Part shown: one piece after another, positions 20,418 to 30,384 of the stretch
Numbering within the stretch: position 1 is the first letter of the stretch
Layout of the letters: the number at the start of each line of letters is the position of its first letter
Sequence record: NZ_CP081674.1
Length of the DNA stretch: 64,000 nt
From: a plasmid
Reading direction: 5' to 3' (one strand)
Notes under the pieces: generated by a model
What the model was told of the DNA's origin: nothing
Database searches by the model: none
What the model saw: the letters and a program-made list of their open reading frames with translations, nothing else
Translations under genes and position numbers: made by a program

Positions 20418-21952
20418 GACGCCTCCGCCACCGTGGTGAAGCCGCTAGCGATCGCGGCGGTCACTTCAAGGATTCGACGACGTGTCAATGGCTGGAGCTC
20501 GTCGAGCTCGACCACACCAGCCGTGGCGATATGACCGTCATAGGGCACGACGAAAATGCGCTCCGGGGGGATCCATCGTCCGAAACGCTCCTGGATGATC
20601 TCGACCAAACTCGCTGTGCTCTTGCGATCGCTTCCGCTGCTGGCCGGGCGGATGTGGTTGACAATCAACACCATTCGATCCAGGAGTTTGCGGTGACGTG
20701 GATGATGGCTGAGCCAATCGATCTGCTTGGCTGCGCCTTCGGCACCGTCGGGCACCGCTGACGCCACCATCACCACGGCGTTGGCGCTGCTGAGTACTCC
20801 ATCCATCACGGGATGGCCGATGTCAACACCGCAATCGGTGACGACCACGTTGTAAAAGTTCTCCAACTTAGTCAGGGCCCGCTGATATCCCTCAGCGGTG
20901 ACGCCGCCGGCCTGGGACGCGGCGCCGCGGTGGTACGGGGATGCCAACACGTCGAGGCCCGCGGCGTTGTGACCGACTCGGGCGCGCATGTCCGAATATC
21001 GCACAATGTTTTGGGCAGCAATGATTTCGGCGTATGACGACGGAGCCGCGCGGTCGATTCGGACTGCGAGGTTGGCGCCTTGAGCAGGATCTGCATCCAC
21101 TGCGATCACATGTTCATGGGCGCGATGAACCGCGATTTCTGAACCGATGGCCACGGCGGCCGACGTCTTTCCCGCACCGCCCTTGCCGCCGATGACCGCG
21201 ATCCTCAGTGTTCCGCCCATCGGAGCGGCGATCTGCTCTCTCATGGCCCGTACGCGCTGCTCGTCCGGCGACTCGCCGGTGTTGACTGCGCCGAAGGTCA
21301 CCTTGTACAGCCACTTGCGCCAGCCTCGACTCGACGGGATCTTCTTGACCGCGACCAGATCGGTGGCACGGACCTGGTCGCCGAGCAGTTCGCCGCTGCC
21401 GGCCGCTGAGATGAAGCCGAGTCCGCCGTCGCGCGGGCCGCCCTGGTATGGGTTTTGTTGGCTGAAGGGCTGATCCCGGCGCTGCGATCCCGGCGGTGCG
21501 GCACGCCATGGCTGGCCGGGAATCTGGGGAGGCTGGGGCGGGAACGGAGCGGCTGGCGTCTGCCGCTGTTGGGCGGCGTAGTCGCGGGCCTCTCGCAGTT
21601 GCTGAGGGGTGATCTCTTGTGTCAGGTCGTCGTAGCGCGCTGCCGTGTCCGGTGAGTGCCCGGCTGGCTCGCTTGGTGTGGGCTCGCCCGATCGGGGCGG
21701 CACCGATGCTGGAGCGTCTGGCCCGCTGGGGACATGATTCGGCGGCGCGCTGTTCACCGGCGGTGGTGGAGCTTGCCGCCGGTGTGCGGCGTCGCCGAAC
21801 TCTTGCTGATTATGTTGGGGTGGAGGGTAATTCGATGTGTGGCTGGTGCCGTCGCTGGGCGTCGATGCGCCCATCTGCTCGAAGATGTCTCGCTCGCTCA
21901 TGGGTTCCCCTCTACTCCCCCGGCCAGAGATTCCGCCCTGGCACGGCGGCAT
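20414..21952 (-). CDS. espI: EspI-like ESX-associated protein, 512 aa. It has a Pro-rich N-terminal half and a ParA/MinD-type ATPase C-terminal half.
   Basis: Walker A motif VIGGKGGAGKTS with a deviant ParA-like fold. The long P/Q-rich N-terminus matches the architecture recalled for ESX-1 EspI (Rv3876). A 4-nt overlap couples it to eccD. Confidence 0.6.
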   Translation of the reverse strand: MPPCQGGISGRGSRGEPMSERDIFEQMGASTPSDGTSHTSNYPPPQHNQQEFGDAAHRRQAPPPPVNSAPPNHVPSGPDAPASVPPRSGEPTPSEPAGHSPDTAARYDDLTQEITPQQLREARDYAAQQRQTPAAPFPPQPPQIPGQPWRAAPPGSQRRDQPFSQQNPYQGGPRDGGLGFISAAGSGELLGDQVRATDLVAVKKIPSSRGWRKWLYKVTFGAVNTGESPDEQRVRAMREQIAAPMGGTLRIAVIGGKGGAGKTSAAVAIGSEIAVHRAHEHVIAVDADPAQGANLAVRIDRAAPSSYAEIIAAQNIVRYSDMRARVGHNAAGLDVLASPYHRGAASQAGGVTAEGYQRALTKLENFYNVVVTDCGVDIGHPVMDGVLSSANAVVMVASAVPDGAEGAAKQIDWLSHHPRHRKLLDRMVLIVNHIRPASSGSDRKSTASLVEIIQERFGRWIPPERIFVVPYDGHIATAGVVELDELQPLTRRRILEVTAAIASGFTTVAEAS

Positions 21953-22028
21953 TTCTCATCACGTCGCGAGCGTAACAATCGCCGGATTTATACGTCCAGA
22001 ACGCACCCCAACTTCGCGCGTAACTTTT

Positions 22029-23084
22029 TTACGAGTGTCGCCGGTAGTGCAACCATTCCGAGCCGCACGGCAGTGAGGACAGCACCTCATCGAGCGCACT
22101 TTGAATGCGGGCTTCAGTGCCAGGGGTGAGCATCGTCCATTCCTGGTCATCGAAACCGGTGTCACCTGAGACGAGCACCCTGCCATATATGGTGTCGGTC
22201 ACCAGCATTGCCTTTTGCGCGGTTCGCGGCCCGTCGAAGTGGTACTCGCAAGCACCGATCGTGGCTCGGGCCGCCGATTGGTCCCCTACAGCCTCGATGA
22301 TCCGTGCCTGCTCAGCGCTGATCTCAAGCTCGTCGACGAGCTGAGCGACCAGGTTGTTGCCGTCTGGGTCGTGCTGCCACTGGCTCACAATGGAATCCAG
22401 CACTCTGCTGTTGACGCTGAGTCCGCGGAACTCAGCCGGCCCCGTTGAGCCGAGAAGCTCCAGAATCGACGTGCCAACAGGTTTGCGTCCCAAGGGCGTC
22501 ACGACAACCTCATCAAGCTCACCCGTCGACTGATCGTCAGACTCGGCTGAAGGTACCTCATCGAGCTCACCTGTCGACTGATCGTCAGACTCGGCTGAAG
22601 ATTCATCTGCTGAACTCCACACACGTGCCGCGCTGACCCAGGACCCGTCGCGGCAGCATAGGGTTGCAATCCGTTGAGGTGGTTGTTGTTTGCGCCATTC
22701 CAGAAGCTGTGCGTATGCCTCGATGGCGGCATCCCCGCCTTTGCTGATGGCCGCCAAGTCTGCGGTGGCCGTGAACACTGGAGGCGGCCCAAGTAGGCGG
22801 TCGCTCGGCGCCGCAGGCACGTTAACTTCCACGGTGACTTCAATGTCGGGACGCCCCAGAGTCATCACCCACTGCGCAACATCGGCGTCAACTGCGCCGT
22901 TGCCATAGACGCCGGCCTCCTGCAGAACGGCAATACCCGGGTGAGAGGACAGGTCGGCACCTTCGATGCCGTCGGTGGGACGTACCTTCAGGGCACGTGG
23001 AAGTCTGCTGATACCGCAGAGCGCGGCTGTCAGCCACAACCCTTCCGAGGTGGTCGACAGCCGCGCTCCAGTTGCGACGGCCAT
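22029..23084 (-). CDS. espG: EspG-like ESX chaperone, 351 aa, containing an internal 16-aa tandem duplication.
   Basis: The N-terminal EGLWLTAALCGISRLPRALKV fits the EspG hallmark. It lies between the esx pair and espI/eccD, as in ESX-2 and ESX-5 order. Confidence 0.55.
   Translation of the reverse strand: MAVATGARLSTTSEGLWLTAALCGISRLPRALKVRPTDGIEGADLSSHPGIAVLQEAGVYGNGAVDADVAQWVMTLGRPDIEVTVEVNVPAAPSDRLLGPPPVFTATADLAAISKGGDAAIEAYAQLLEWRKQQPPQRIATLCCRDGSWVSAARVWSSADESSAESDDQSTGELDEVPSAESDDQSTGELDEVVVTPLGRKPVGTSILELLGSTGPAEFRGLSVNSRVLDSIVSQWQHDPDGNNLVAQLVDELEISAEQARIIEAVGDQSAARATIGACEYHFDGPRTAQKAMLVTDTIYGRVLVSGDTGFDDQEWTMLTPGTEARIQSALDEVLSSLPCGSEWLHYRRHS
22506..22598. repeat. Two tandem 48-bp units with about 2 mismatches. 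Each encodes SAESDDQSTGELDEV(P/V), and both lie within espG.
   Basis: Directly visible repeated nucleotide and peptide sequence. Confidence 0.75.
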
Positions 23085-23086
23085 AC

Positions 23087-23383
23087 CTAGATGTTGCGGA
23101 ATCCGGCTGCGGCGCCGAAGTCGGTAGTCTCAGCGTTCTGGCTGGCCCCTTGAATCGCACTACCGTGGCGGTTGATGGTGTCGAATACCTGCTGGAAGGC
23201 CAACGCGATTTGAGCGTGGCACTCCTGCGCGGCATTCGAGCCGTGCTGCTGCCAGATTTCGGCAACGCTGCGAATGGCGTTGTCAGCGCCCTGCTTGAGC
23301 TCAAGCAAGTGATTGACCAGGCTGGACTGGCTCGTCGCGTGCTCGACCATCTTGACGTGGTCATACCGCTGTACACTGACCAT
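23087..23383 (-). CDS. esxA: WXG100-family protein, EsxA/ESAT-6-like, 98 aa.
   Basis: Length of about 100 aa, helical hairpin composition, a Trp-containing central turn (IWQQHGS), and pairing with a second ~100-aa esx gene just downstream of the PE/PPE pair. Confidence 0.6.
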   Translation of the reverse strand: MVSVQRYDHVKMVEHATSQSSLVNHLLELKQGADNAIRSVAEIWQQHGSNAAQECHAQIALAFQQVFDTINRHGSAIQGASQNAETTDFGAAAGFRNI

Positions 23384-23443
23384 TTTTGTTGTCTCCTAAC
23401 GCTTTCCGAGTGTGATGTTGGTGATGAACAGGCGCGGGTGCGG

Positions 23444-23743
23444 CTAGGCAGTCTGGATGTTGCCCAGTGCCGCGGTGTTGTCGTGGTTCATCTGCGTGTA
23501 CTGATGCGCAGAACTCTTGATCTGGTTGATGCACGCCTCGAATCGCGCCGAGACCGTCCGCGCGGTGCTGGCGATGTCTTCTGTGGTGCGCATCGACATG
23601 AGTGCCGCATCACCCTGGAAGGCCCCGCCGGTCAGGTCCTGGTTCATGGTCACGTAGCGATTGAGAGCGGCCAGAACCTCGTTGCGGATATTGTCGAGCG
23701 AGGTCGCCGCTTCGAGCATCCTGTCGGTATCGGTATTGAACAT
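23444..23743 (-). CDS. esxB: WXG100-family protein, EsxB/CFP-10-like, 99 aa.
   Basis: Length of about 100 aa, helical, and paired with the adjacent esxA-like gene in the canonical position after PPE. Confidence 0.55.
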   Translation of the reverse strand: MFNTDTDRMLEAATSLDNIRNEVLAALNRYVTMNQDLTGGAFQGDAALMSMRTTEDIASTARTVSARFEACINQIKSSAHQYTQMNHDNTAALGNIQTA

Positions 23744-23844
23744 TCCGGTATTCTCCTTCTGTTACGAATCTGTAGGTCGCACGCCGTGTGGGGTGGCAGC
23801 CCCGGGCGCATAGTCCTCCTGCTTATGTGGAAGTGGTTGCGGCG

Positions 23845-25251
23845 CTACACCTCCTGACCTTGCACGTAGACGACTTCACCTTCATCGGTGTAGACGGGCA
23901 CGGCCTGCCCGCTCCCATCGTGGACAAGGACCTCCTTGTCAGGATCTGCGACGTCACGGTTCTTGCGCCCGCTTCCGGCACCGCCCGCCCCGGGCATGCC
24001 GAGCATGCCGCTACCCATCGGAGCACCCGCCATCCCCCGCGCACCTGTGCCGGTATCGGCCCGCGGGCCGGCTAGAGGTTTCTCGGAAGTGCTTGCGGTA
24101 TTCCACCAGGACTGCGGCACCCCGACTGGGCCAGGCATACCTCCGGGCGCAGCCGACGGCTTGGTCAATGCGGCACTGACCGCCGATCCGCCACCGGCAT
24201 AACCGCCGCTGGCGCTGCCGAGTCCTGACCACGGCGTAGCGCCCATGGAGGTCAGACCGGACAGGCCTGCCGCCGGTGACCCCCCGCCGCCGAAACCGCC
24301 GGCGGCCGACATCATCGGCGACATGAGCCCGCCCAGCTGACCGCCGAGGGCCGACGGGAGTTGCTGTCCCTGCGAGAGCAATTGCCCCACACTGCTTGAC
24401 GCCATCGCGGGCGCCTGCATCATCGGGCCCATCATCCCCTGGGCGGACTGCATGAGCTGACCGGCGTCATTGGGCTGGTTGCCTGGGGCGGAGGGGGAAC
24501 CCGCCCCAGGCAACCCACCGGCGATCTGGCCTGGTTGACCTGCTTGTGATGCGCTTTGGCCGCCCGCGGTCAGCGCGGCCGTCGTGCCACCGGTGGCCAG
24601 GCTCGTCCCGGTAGCGGCGACCCCGGTACCAGCTTGCGCCGCTCCAGACAAGGCGGCACCGGCTCCCTGCAAACCCAACGACATCCCGGTTGCGGCTACG
24701 CCAGCGGCTGTTGCCGCTGCCGGGTTGGACATACCCGGCAATGCCACCATCGGCACCGCCAGCGAACTCACGAGACCGGAAACTCCGGCGAGGTAGCTCA
24801 TCATCGCCGAGGCATTCTGACCCCAGTATTCGACGTACTCGGCCTCACCTTCAGCAATCGGGATCGTGTTCACGCCAAGTATGTTGGTCGCGTGTAATGT
24901 CGCCACCCGCGTACGATTAGCAACGACTTGGCCGAAGGGAACGGTGGCCGCGACCGCACCGCTGTACATGCCCATTCCGCTCTCGACCGTCTTAGCGGAT
25001 TTCTGCGCATACGCACCCGCAGCGCCCATCCACGCCGAATGCGCCGCAGCACTCGCCGCCATCGCCACACCAGCAGCGCCAAGATAGGAACCACCCGTGT
25101 TGGCCGTCGTGCTGGACATCTGGGCCGCCTGCTGAATATGGGTGGCACTGACCGTTTCGAACGCCGTGGCTGCCGGCACATGCGCTGTCGGCCCTGCACC
25201 CGCCATCGTCAAGCGAAATGCGTTAACTTCCGGCGGGATACCCCAATACAT
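23845..25251 (-). CDS. PPE: PPE family protein, 468 aa, with a Gly/Ala/Ser/Met-rich C-terminal region.
   Basis: The N-terminus MYWGIPPEVNAFRL is the PPE signature. The conserved ~180-aa PPE domain is followed by low-complexity sequence. Confidence 0.8.
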   Translation of the reverse strand: MYWGIPPEVNAFRLTMAGAGPTAHVPAATAFETVSATHIQQAAQMSSTTANTGGSYLGAAGVAMAASAAAHSAWMGAAGAYAQKSAKTVESGMGMYSGAVAATVPFGQVVANRTRVATLHATNILGVNTIPIAEGEAEYVEYWGQNASAMMSYLAGVSGLVSSLAVPMVALPGMSNPAAATAAGVAATGMSLGLQGAGAALSGAAQAGTGVAATGTSLATGGTTAALTAGGQSASQAGQPGQIAGGLPGAGSPSAPGNQPNDAGQLMQSAQGMMGPMMQAPAMASSSVGQLLSQGQQLPSALGGQLGGLMSPMMSAAGGFGGGGSPAAGLSGLTSMGATPWSGLGSASGGYAGGGSAVSAALTKPSAAPGGMPGPVGVPQSWWNTASTSEKPLAGPRADTGTGARGMAGAPMGSGMLGMPGAGGAGSGRKNRDVADPDKEVLVHDGSGQAVPVYTDEGEVVYVQGQEV

Positions 25252-25284
25252 CCGTTACTCCTGGCCTACGCAATCCGTGTTCAG

Positions 25285-25581
25285 CTACAGCGCAAGCTGA
25301 GCAGCTGCGGTGACATCGGTGGCCACGTGCGCCACCGATGCGGCGGTCGAGGACGCGGCGAACATCGCCCGCTGCATGACACCCACACCGGCTGCGGCAT
25401 CGAACTGAGCAGCATGGGCAGCGATCGCCTGCGCGAACAGCAGCGACACTTCCTCGCCGCCCATCGGAATGGGCACCAACATCGCAGGTGCTGCACCCGT
25501 GACAACGGCTCCGGTAGTGGCCGCGCCGACAGCCTCAGTGGCTCCTTGCGCGGCAAGCATCGGTGCATCGACCAAAAACAT
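25285..25581 (-). CDS. PE: PE family protein, 98 aa.
   Basis: Ala-rich helical ~100-aa protein, MFLVDAPMLAAQGATEAVGA..., lying immediately upstream of the PPE gene as a PE/PPE pair. Confidence 0.7.
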   Translation of the reverse strand: MFLVDAPMLAAQGATEAVGAATTGAVVTGAAPAMLVPIPMGGEEVSLLFAQAIAAHAAQFDAAAGVGVMQRAMFAASSTAASVAHVATDVTAAAQLAL

Positions 25582-25763
25582 GTGAACTCACCTTCCCCAT
25601 CGGTGCTTAATCTGAGCAGAGCGTAATCCGCCAGCAAAATATGGGGCAACAAGCCAGTCCAAGATTGATCTTAATTCAACCGTTTTCAACATGCCCTGTT
25701 GAACCCCCGACAGTTCGCCTTTCAGCAACCACTCCCCAACGCCATATGCGCTCGGTCGCACTC

Positions 25764-26501
25764 TCATTGTGCGCCCTGCTGGCTAGTCCCGCAGACAGGA
25801 ATTGCACCGCCACCGCGCAACGCCAGCTCGGCGGCCGCGCGTGCACTGTCACCGATCTCGCGCCATCGTTTCGCCAGTCGGTCAGAATCTGCCGCCGCAG
25901 CGTCTGCCTCAGCCGCGATCTCACGTAACCGTTCAGCCAGCAGCAGCGACGCCCGGGCCGTCGCGCGCAACGTAGGTTCTCCTCCGGCGAGCACCGCATC
26001 GCAACTGCCTGGCTCCCAACCCAACGCCGCACCGAGAGCATCGCGGACACTGCGATTTGCAGGCACCTCTGCGTGATTGATCAGCCGGGACACCACCGGC
26101 CTCGACACCCCGGCCAGCCGACTTAGATCCAGCTTGCTCAGACCAATCCCGTTGCGCGCATCATCGATCGTAGAAGCCAGACGTTTGGCTGCCGCGATGT
26201 CGACATCGGCGATGGGGGACCCGCCGGCGTGAGTGTCTTCACCTCCTGCGCGGGCAGCAACGGTCACCTGAGCACCGGCCAAGACCGCATCAAATGTTCC
26301 GGGCTCCCATCCCAGCGCCGCGGCGATCGCATCACGCTTCACCCGTCGGCCCGGAATCTCGGCATGGTTAATCAGCCGCGACACCATCGCGCGTGACACA
26401 CCTGCCTTCTCGGCGACGTCCTGCACCAGCAGTAGTTGATCGACCCGTTCCTGATCGACGAGTTTGGCCAGCCTCTTGGCTGCGTGCGCGTTAAAGGTCA
26501 C
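25764..26501 (-). CDS. Tandem-HTH XRE-family transcriptional regulator, 245 aa.
   Basis: Two repeated HTH modules, VQDVAEKAGVSRAMVSRLINHAEIP and LSRLAGVSRPVVSRLINHAEVP. It lies between eccC and PE and overlaps the eccC stop by 11 nt. Confidence 0.6.
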   Translation of the reverse strand: MTFNAHAAKRLAKLVDQERVDQLLLVQDVAEKAGVSRAMVSRLINHAEIPGRRVKRDAIAAALGWEPGTFDAVLAGAQVTVAARAGGEDTHAGGSPIADVDIAAAKRLASTIDDARNGIGLSKLDLSRLAGVSRPVVSRLINHAEVPANRSVRDALGAALGWEPGSCDAVLAGGEPTLRATARASLLLAERLREIAAEADAAAADSDRLAKRWREIGDSARAAAELALRGGGAIPVCGTSQQGAQ

Positions 26502-29500
26502 CGGGGCTCGCCTCCGAGATAGCGATCTGCATCGGTGCGGTAAAGCGATCCCCGACGTAGATACCGCGACCGGCCGGCATCTTGCTGGCCTTCACCCCCC
26601 CGAGGATCTCCCCCTCACCCTTGCTGCCGCTCATGACCACACCAGGTGCCTTCATCCTCAGCAGTTCACTGATGACCGGTGATCCGGTGGCCCGCATCCA
26701 ATCGGTGATCCGGCGGCCAACGATCACGTGCAGGCCTACCTCGCGCGCAATCGGCAAGTAGGGAACCAGCGGCTGCAAGGGGTGCCCAGCCATCGAGAGG
26801 TTTCCGCCGCCCCAGCCGTGAACCAGTTCTTCACGATCGATAATCACGAACGTCTGGCGGCCCTTCCATTCGATACCCGCGGCGATCTGAGCCTGCGTCA
26901 TCTTTTCGGAGGGTTTGCGCTTCTCGAGTTCTGCGGCCAAATGAGCTGCCATACTGCGGACCTGGTCTTGGCGATGGACATAACCTTCGTGCCGTTCCCC
27001 CGGAACCTCGAGTGCAGCTTCGACGGGCGGAGCCGTGGCCGCCCCAAAGTTGGTGGGAATGCTCAAATAATCCGGCTGGCTCGCAGCGGGCAGATCTTCA
27101 TACGAACCCAAGTGCGGCCCATCGACCACCCCCGCCAGCTTGGTCTGCGGATCGACAACGAAAATCTCGACCTCGGCGGGATCGAACAGCCGCATCAATG
27201 CCCGAGCCAACGTGCGCAACGCCGTCGTGGTGCCGCTCTCCGGGTCTCCCGCGATCAGCAGGTGCGACGCACGCAGGAAATCGATCACAGCCGGGCGCAG
27301 CCCGACCTCGGAAATGCCGAACGGAACAAGCTGACCAGAAAGCTGCCCATTCTTTTCAGCCTGAGCGAACACCGCATCGAGTGTGACCCGGCTGGGCAGC
27401 AGCCGCAGCTTCGCCTCCGAACCGGCCGCGCCCATATAGCCCGACACCGCCTCGATCGCCTCGTCGATCTCCACTACACGACCATCAATCGTGACCTGCG
27501 GCAGTGCTGTCTGAAAGTGGTAGCCCGCCATGGACGTACCGCGGCCGACAATCATCACCTTCTCCGACTCGGCGGCCTCACCGAGTTCGCCGGCACCCCC
27601 CAGCGAGGCGACCCCGGATTCGTCCTCGACCTCATCGGGATCCCGCTTGCGCTCAACCTCCCCCTTGGGGACCTGCTTGGCCACCTCCAACTTGTTGTGG
27701 GTGAGCTGATCGGATTCTTGGTCCAACTTCAGCTCCACGTTCGAACTGAACAAATTCGACATACCCGACAGCAGCTTTCCGTTGATCCACCCTCCGGCCG
27801 ACAGGATCACGTGAACGCCGTACGAGCGGCCCTTGGTCATAATCGACACAACCCGGGTCAAGGGCGTTACGACACCGTTGTCTTCAAACTGCTCCCGGAA
27901 CGTCGCCCAGCCGTCGAGCACCAGGAATACATCGCCGTACGGATCGTCGGGCACCTCGCCCTGCTTGCCGCCGAACTTGCGGTCCCGCCATTCACGAAGC
28001 CCAATCCCCAGCTCCCCGAAGGCGCGTTCCCGGTCATCGATCAACGCTTCCAATTCACCGAGCGTGCGCAGCACACGCTCGCGTTCATTGGCCCGCGCGA
28101 ACGAGGCCACATGCGGAAGCCGCTCAACAACATTGATGTCCGAACCGCTGAACGCCAGCACGAAGAACTGGACCCGCTGTGGCGTATACATCATCGCCGC
28201 CCCAGCGAGCATGGTGGCGATCGCCACCGTCTTTCCAGCCCCGCCCACCCCGAGCACACCACAGTTGTCGTTGAGCAGGTTCAGCGCATAGACCCGCTGT
28301 GCATGCTGAAAGGGCCTGTCCTCGATGCCAACCGGGAACAGCAGATCGGGATTCTGACCGTAGTCGACATGCCAGGGCTTGCCCCGCAACCGGTTGACCA
28401 ACTCCTCCACCGGCAGCGGCGCTAGCGGAGGAAGCCAGCGGCGCCGCTGCGGCGGCATGCCGGCGGTCTGCTCCTGCAGCGCCTTCGTGGCCACTTGAAC
28501 GTCGCGCAGCTCACGGCCATCCGACCCGACGATCACATCCGGCTCGTCGTCGCGCACCTTGCTTGCGACATTGGCTGGTACGGGCGCTGCAATCGGCTCC
28601 ATCCCGGTCAGCAGGAATTCACGGGGCGGCGCGTAGCCGGACTTCGTGCGGACTTCCTCGGTGGCCACCACGCGCCGCGGCCGGTGGTAGGTGCCGGAAA
28701 CATAGGCTGTCTGATACTTGATCAGGTCCTTGCCGGGCACGAGCAGGTATCCCGCCCCGCCCGGCTTCTTCGGCAGGTACTTGGCCTCCTCGACGCCGAT
28801 GACCTTGCGGGAATCAGCGGCATCCAATGTGCGCAGCGCCGAACGGATCGGGACGTTGACCATGATGCCGCGATCCATCTCGTGACCCAGGCGCTGCGAA
28901 CCCATCAGCAGGCGCACCCCGAGCGCGCGGCCCTGCCGGCCGATCTCGTCACAAACCTCCAGTGCCGGAGGGCATTCCAAGAACATCTGGGTGAACTCGT
29001 CGATGATGAGTAGCAGCGTCGGCATCGGCGGCAGCGGTTCGCCTTTGTGGATACGGCGGTACTCGTACTCGGCGGCGTTACCGACCCGGGCACGACTGAG
29101 CAAGCTCTTGCGGATCTCCAACTCGCCGTAGAGCACATCGCACATACGATCCATCCACAGCGAATCGTCACGCAGATTGTTCTGCGCAGCGACCACATGC
29201 GGCAGATGCTCAATGGCCTGCGCTGTGGTGGCGCCCTTGAAGTCGAAAAACATAATGTTGAGCATTTCGGGCGAATGCGTCAGGCAGGCCGACAAGATCA
29301 ACGTCGTCCAGAACTCCGACTTGCCCGACCCGGTGGTGCCCACCAACACCATCGCGGTTCCGTCACCACCGTCGCTGTCTTCCTTCATGTCGATCGCGAC
29401 GACGTTGCCGAAATCATCACGGCCGATCGGGAAGCGAAGCCACTGATCGCCCCACGGACTGTCCTCAAAGCGCGGACCAGATCGGGTTGGGCTCCACAGT

Positions 29501-30381
29501 CGTTGCGTATCCAGCCGAGCGAAGTCCTCAATGCCCAACAGGTCGTCCAGCCCCAGCGTTTTGGCTGTGCTCTCAACCGTCGTGCGAACGGTCGCATCCG
29601 GACGCCACCGAGCCATCCGACGGGCGATCGTGCGTGCCGCACTCTCACTCATCTGGTCGGGCACCGCGAACCGGGAGTCTCCGTAACGAATCAGTTCAGG
29701 ACTGACCACATACGTTGCGCGGAACTCCAACCCCTCTCCGCGCTCAGCAGCCAGGCGCATAAACGTCACTCCCGCAACGCCGTCGGCACGCGTAACCGTC
29801 TGCCATTCCCCCTGGTCGATGCTCTTTTGGTCGTTGATGACCAACCAGTGCGGCATCGCCGTCGAATCCTTGGCGAACTTCTCACGCTGATTGTGTAACT
29901 CTTCACCCATCGCCGCGTTGAACGCAGCGACCGAAGTCCACACCAAGCGCTGCGACCCACCGGTGTCCAACAACGTCGAATGCTGGCAGTGCGGCAACCA
30001 TTTCAACCACGACTCCCAACGCGAGACATCGTCGGTGATGACCATCACCTTCAAATCGCTGGGGGCATGAAACATCGTGGCCTGCAGAACAATCGACCGG
30101 ACCAACGCATATACCGCGTCCATGTGACCGTTCTCGCCGACCAGCGCCAGGCCAGGCGTAGAACGCAACGCCACCGGCTTGGCGATTCCGCGCACTTTGC
30201 GTTGAGTCCCCAAAAATCCGCTGATCGCCTGATAGGTGGTCGGCTCGTAGTCCGACGACCGACCCAAGGTCGGCAGCCCTTCAAACTTGCGCGACAGATC
30301 GCTGTTGCCGACTCCGAACCGCACAACACCGAACGTCGGATCCAACGAGGAGGGACGCCTCTGCTCCATTTGAGTTGCCAC
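26491..30381 (-). CDS. eccC: EccC FtsK/SpoIIIE-family ESX ATPase, cytoplasmic portion with three P-loop ATPase domains, 1296 aa. It starts at a GTG immediately after an in-frame TGA.
   Basis: Three Walker A boxes (GTTGSGKS, GAGGAGKT, GDPESGTT) and the conserved FGVVRFGVG segment. It shares a reading frame with the upstream 30385-30885 ORF across a single TGA. Confidence 0.85.
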   Translation of the reverse strand: MATQMEQRRPSSLDPTFGVVRFGVGNSDLSRKFEGLPTLGRSSDYEPTTYQAISGFLGTQRKVRGIAKPVALRSTPGLALVGENGHMDAVYALVRSIVLQATMFHAPSDLKVMVITDDVSRWESWLKWLPHCQHSTLLDTGGSQRLVWTSVAAFNAAMGEELHNQREKFAKDSTAMPHWLVINDQKSIDQGEWQTVTRADGVAGVTFMRLAAERGEGLEFRATYVVSPELIRYGDSRFAVPDQMSESAARTIARRMARWRPDATVRTTVESTAKTLGLDDLLGIEDFARLDTQRLWSPTRSGPRFEDSPWGDQWLRFPIGRDDFGNVVAIDMKEDSDGGDGTAMVLVGTTGSGKSEFWTTLILSACLTHSPEMLNIMFFDFKGATTAQAIEHLPHVVAAQNNLRDDSLWMDRMCDVLYGELEIRKSLLSRARVGNAAEYEYRRIHKGEPLPPMPTLLLIIDEFTQMFLECPPALEVCDEIGRQGRALGVRLLMGSQRLGHEMDRGIMVNVPIRSALRTLDAADSRKVIGVEEAKYLPKKPGGAGYLLVPGKDLIKYQTAYVSGTYHRPRRVVATEEVRTKSGYAPPREFLLTGMEPIAAPVPANVASKVRDDEPDVIVGSDGRELRDVQVATKALQEQTAGMPPQRRRWLPPLAPLPVEELVNRLRGKPWHVDYGQNPDLLFPVGIEDRPFQHAQRVYALNLLNDNCGVLGVGGAGKTVAIATMLAGAAMMYTPQRVQFFVLAFSGSDINVVERLPHVASFARANERERVLRTLGELEALIDDRERAFGELGIGLREWRDRKFGGKQGEVPDDPYGDVFLVLDGWATFREQFEDNGVVTPLTRVVSIMTKGRSYGVHVILSAGGWINGKLLSGMSNLFSSNVELKLDQESDQLTHNKLEVAKQVPKGEVERKRDPDEVEDESGVASLGGAGELGEAAESEKVMIVGRGTSMAGYHFQTALPQVTIDGRVVEIDEAIEAVSGYMGAAGSEAKLRLLPSRVTLDAVFAQAEKNGQLSGQLVPFGISEVGLRPAVIDFLRASHLLIAGDPESGTTTALRTLARALMRLFDPAEVEIFVVDPQTKLAGVVDGPHLGSYEDLPAASQPDYLSIPTNFGAATAPPVEAALEVPGERHEGYVHRQDQVRSMAAHLAAELEKRKPSEKMTQAQIAAGIEWKGRQTFVIIDREELVHGWGGGNLSMAGHPLQPLVPYLPIAREVGLHVIVGRRITDWMRATGSPVISELLRMKAPGVVMSGSKGEGEILGGVKASKMPAGRGIYVGDRFTAPMQIAISEASPGDL

Positions 30382-30384
30382 TTC

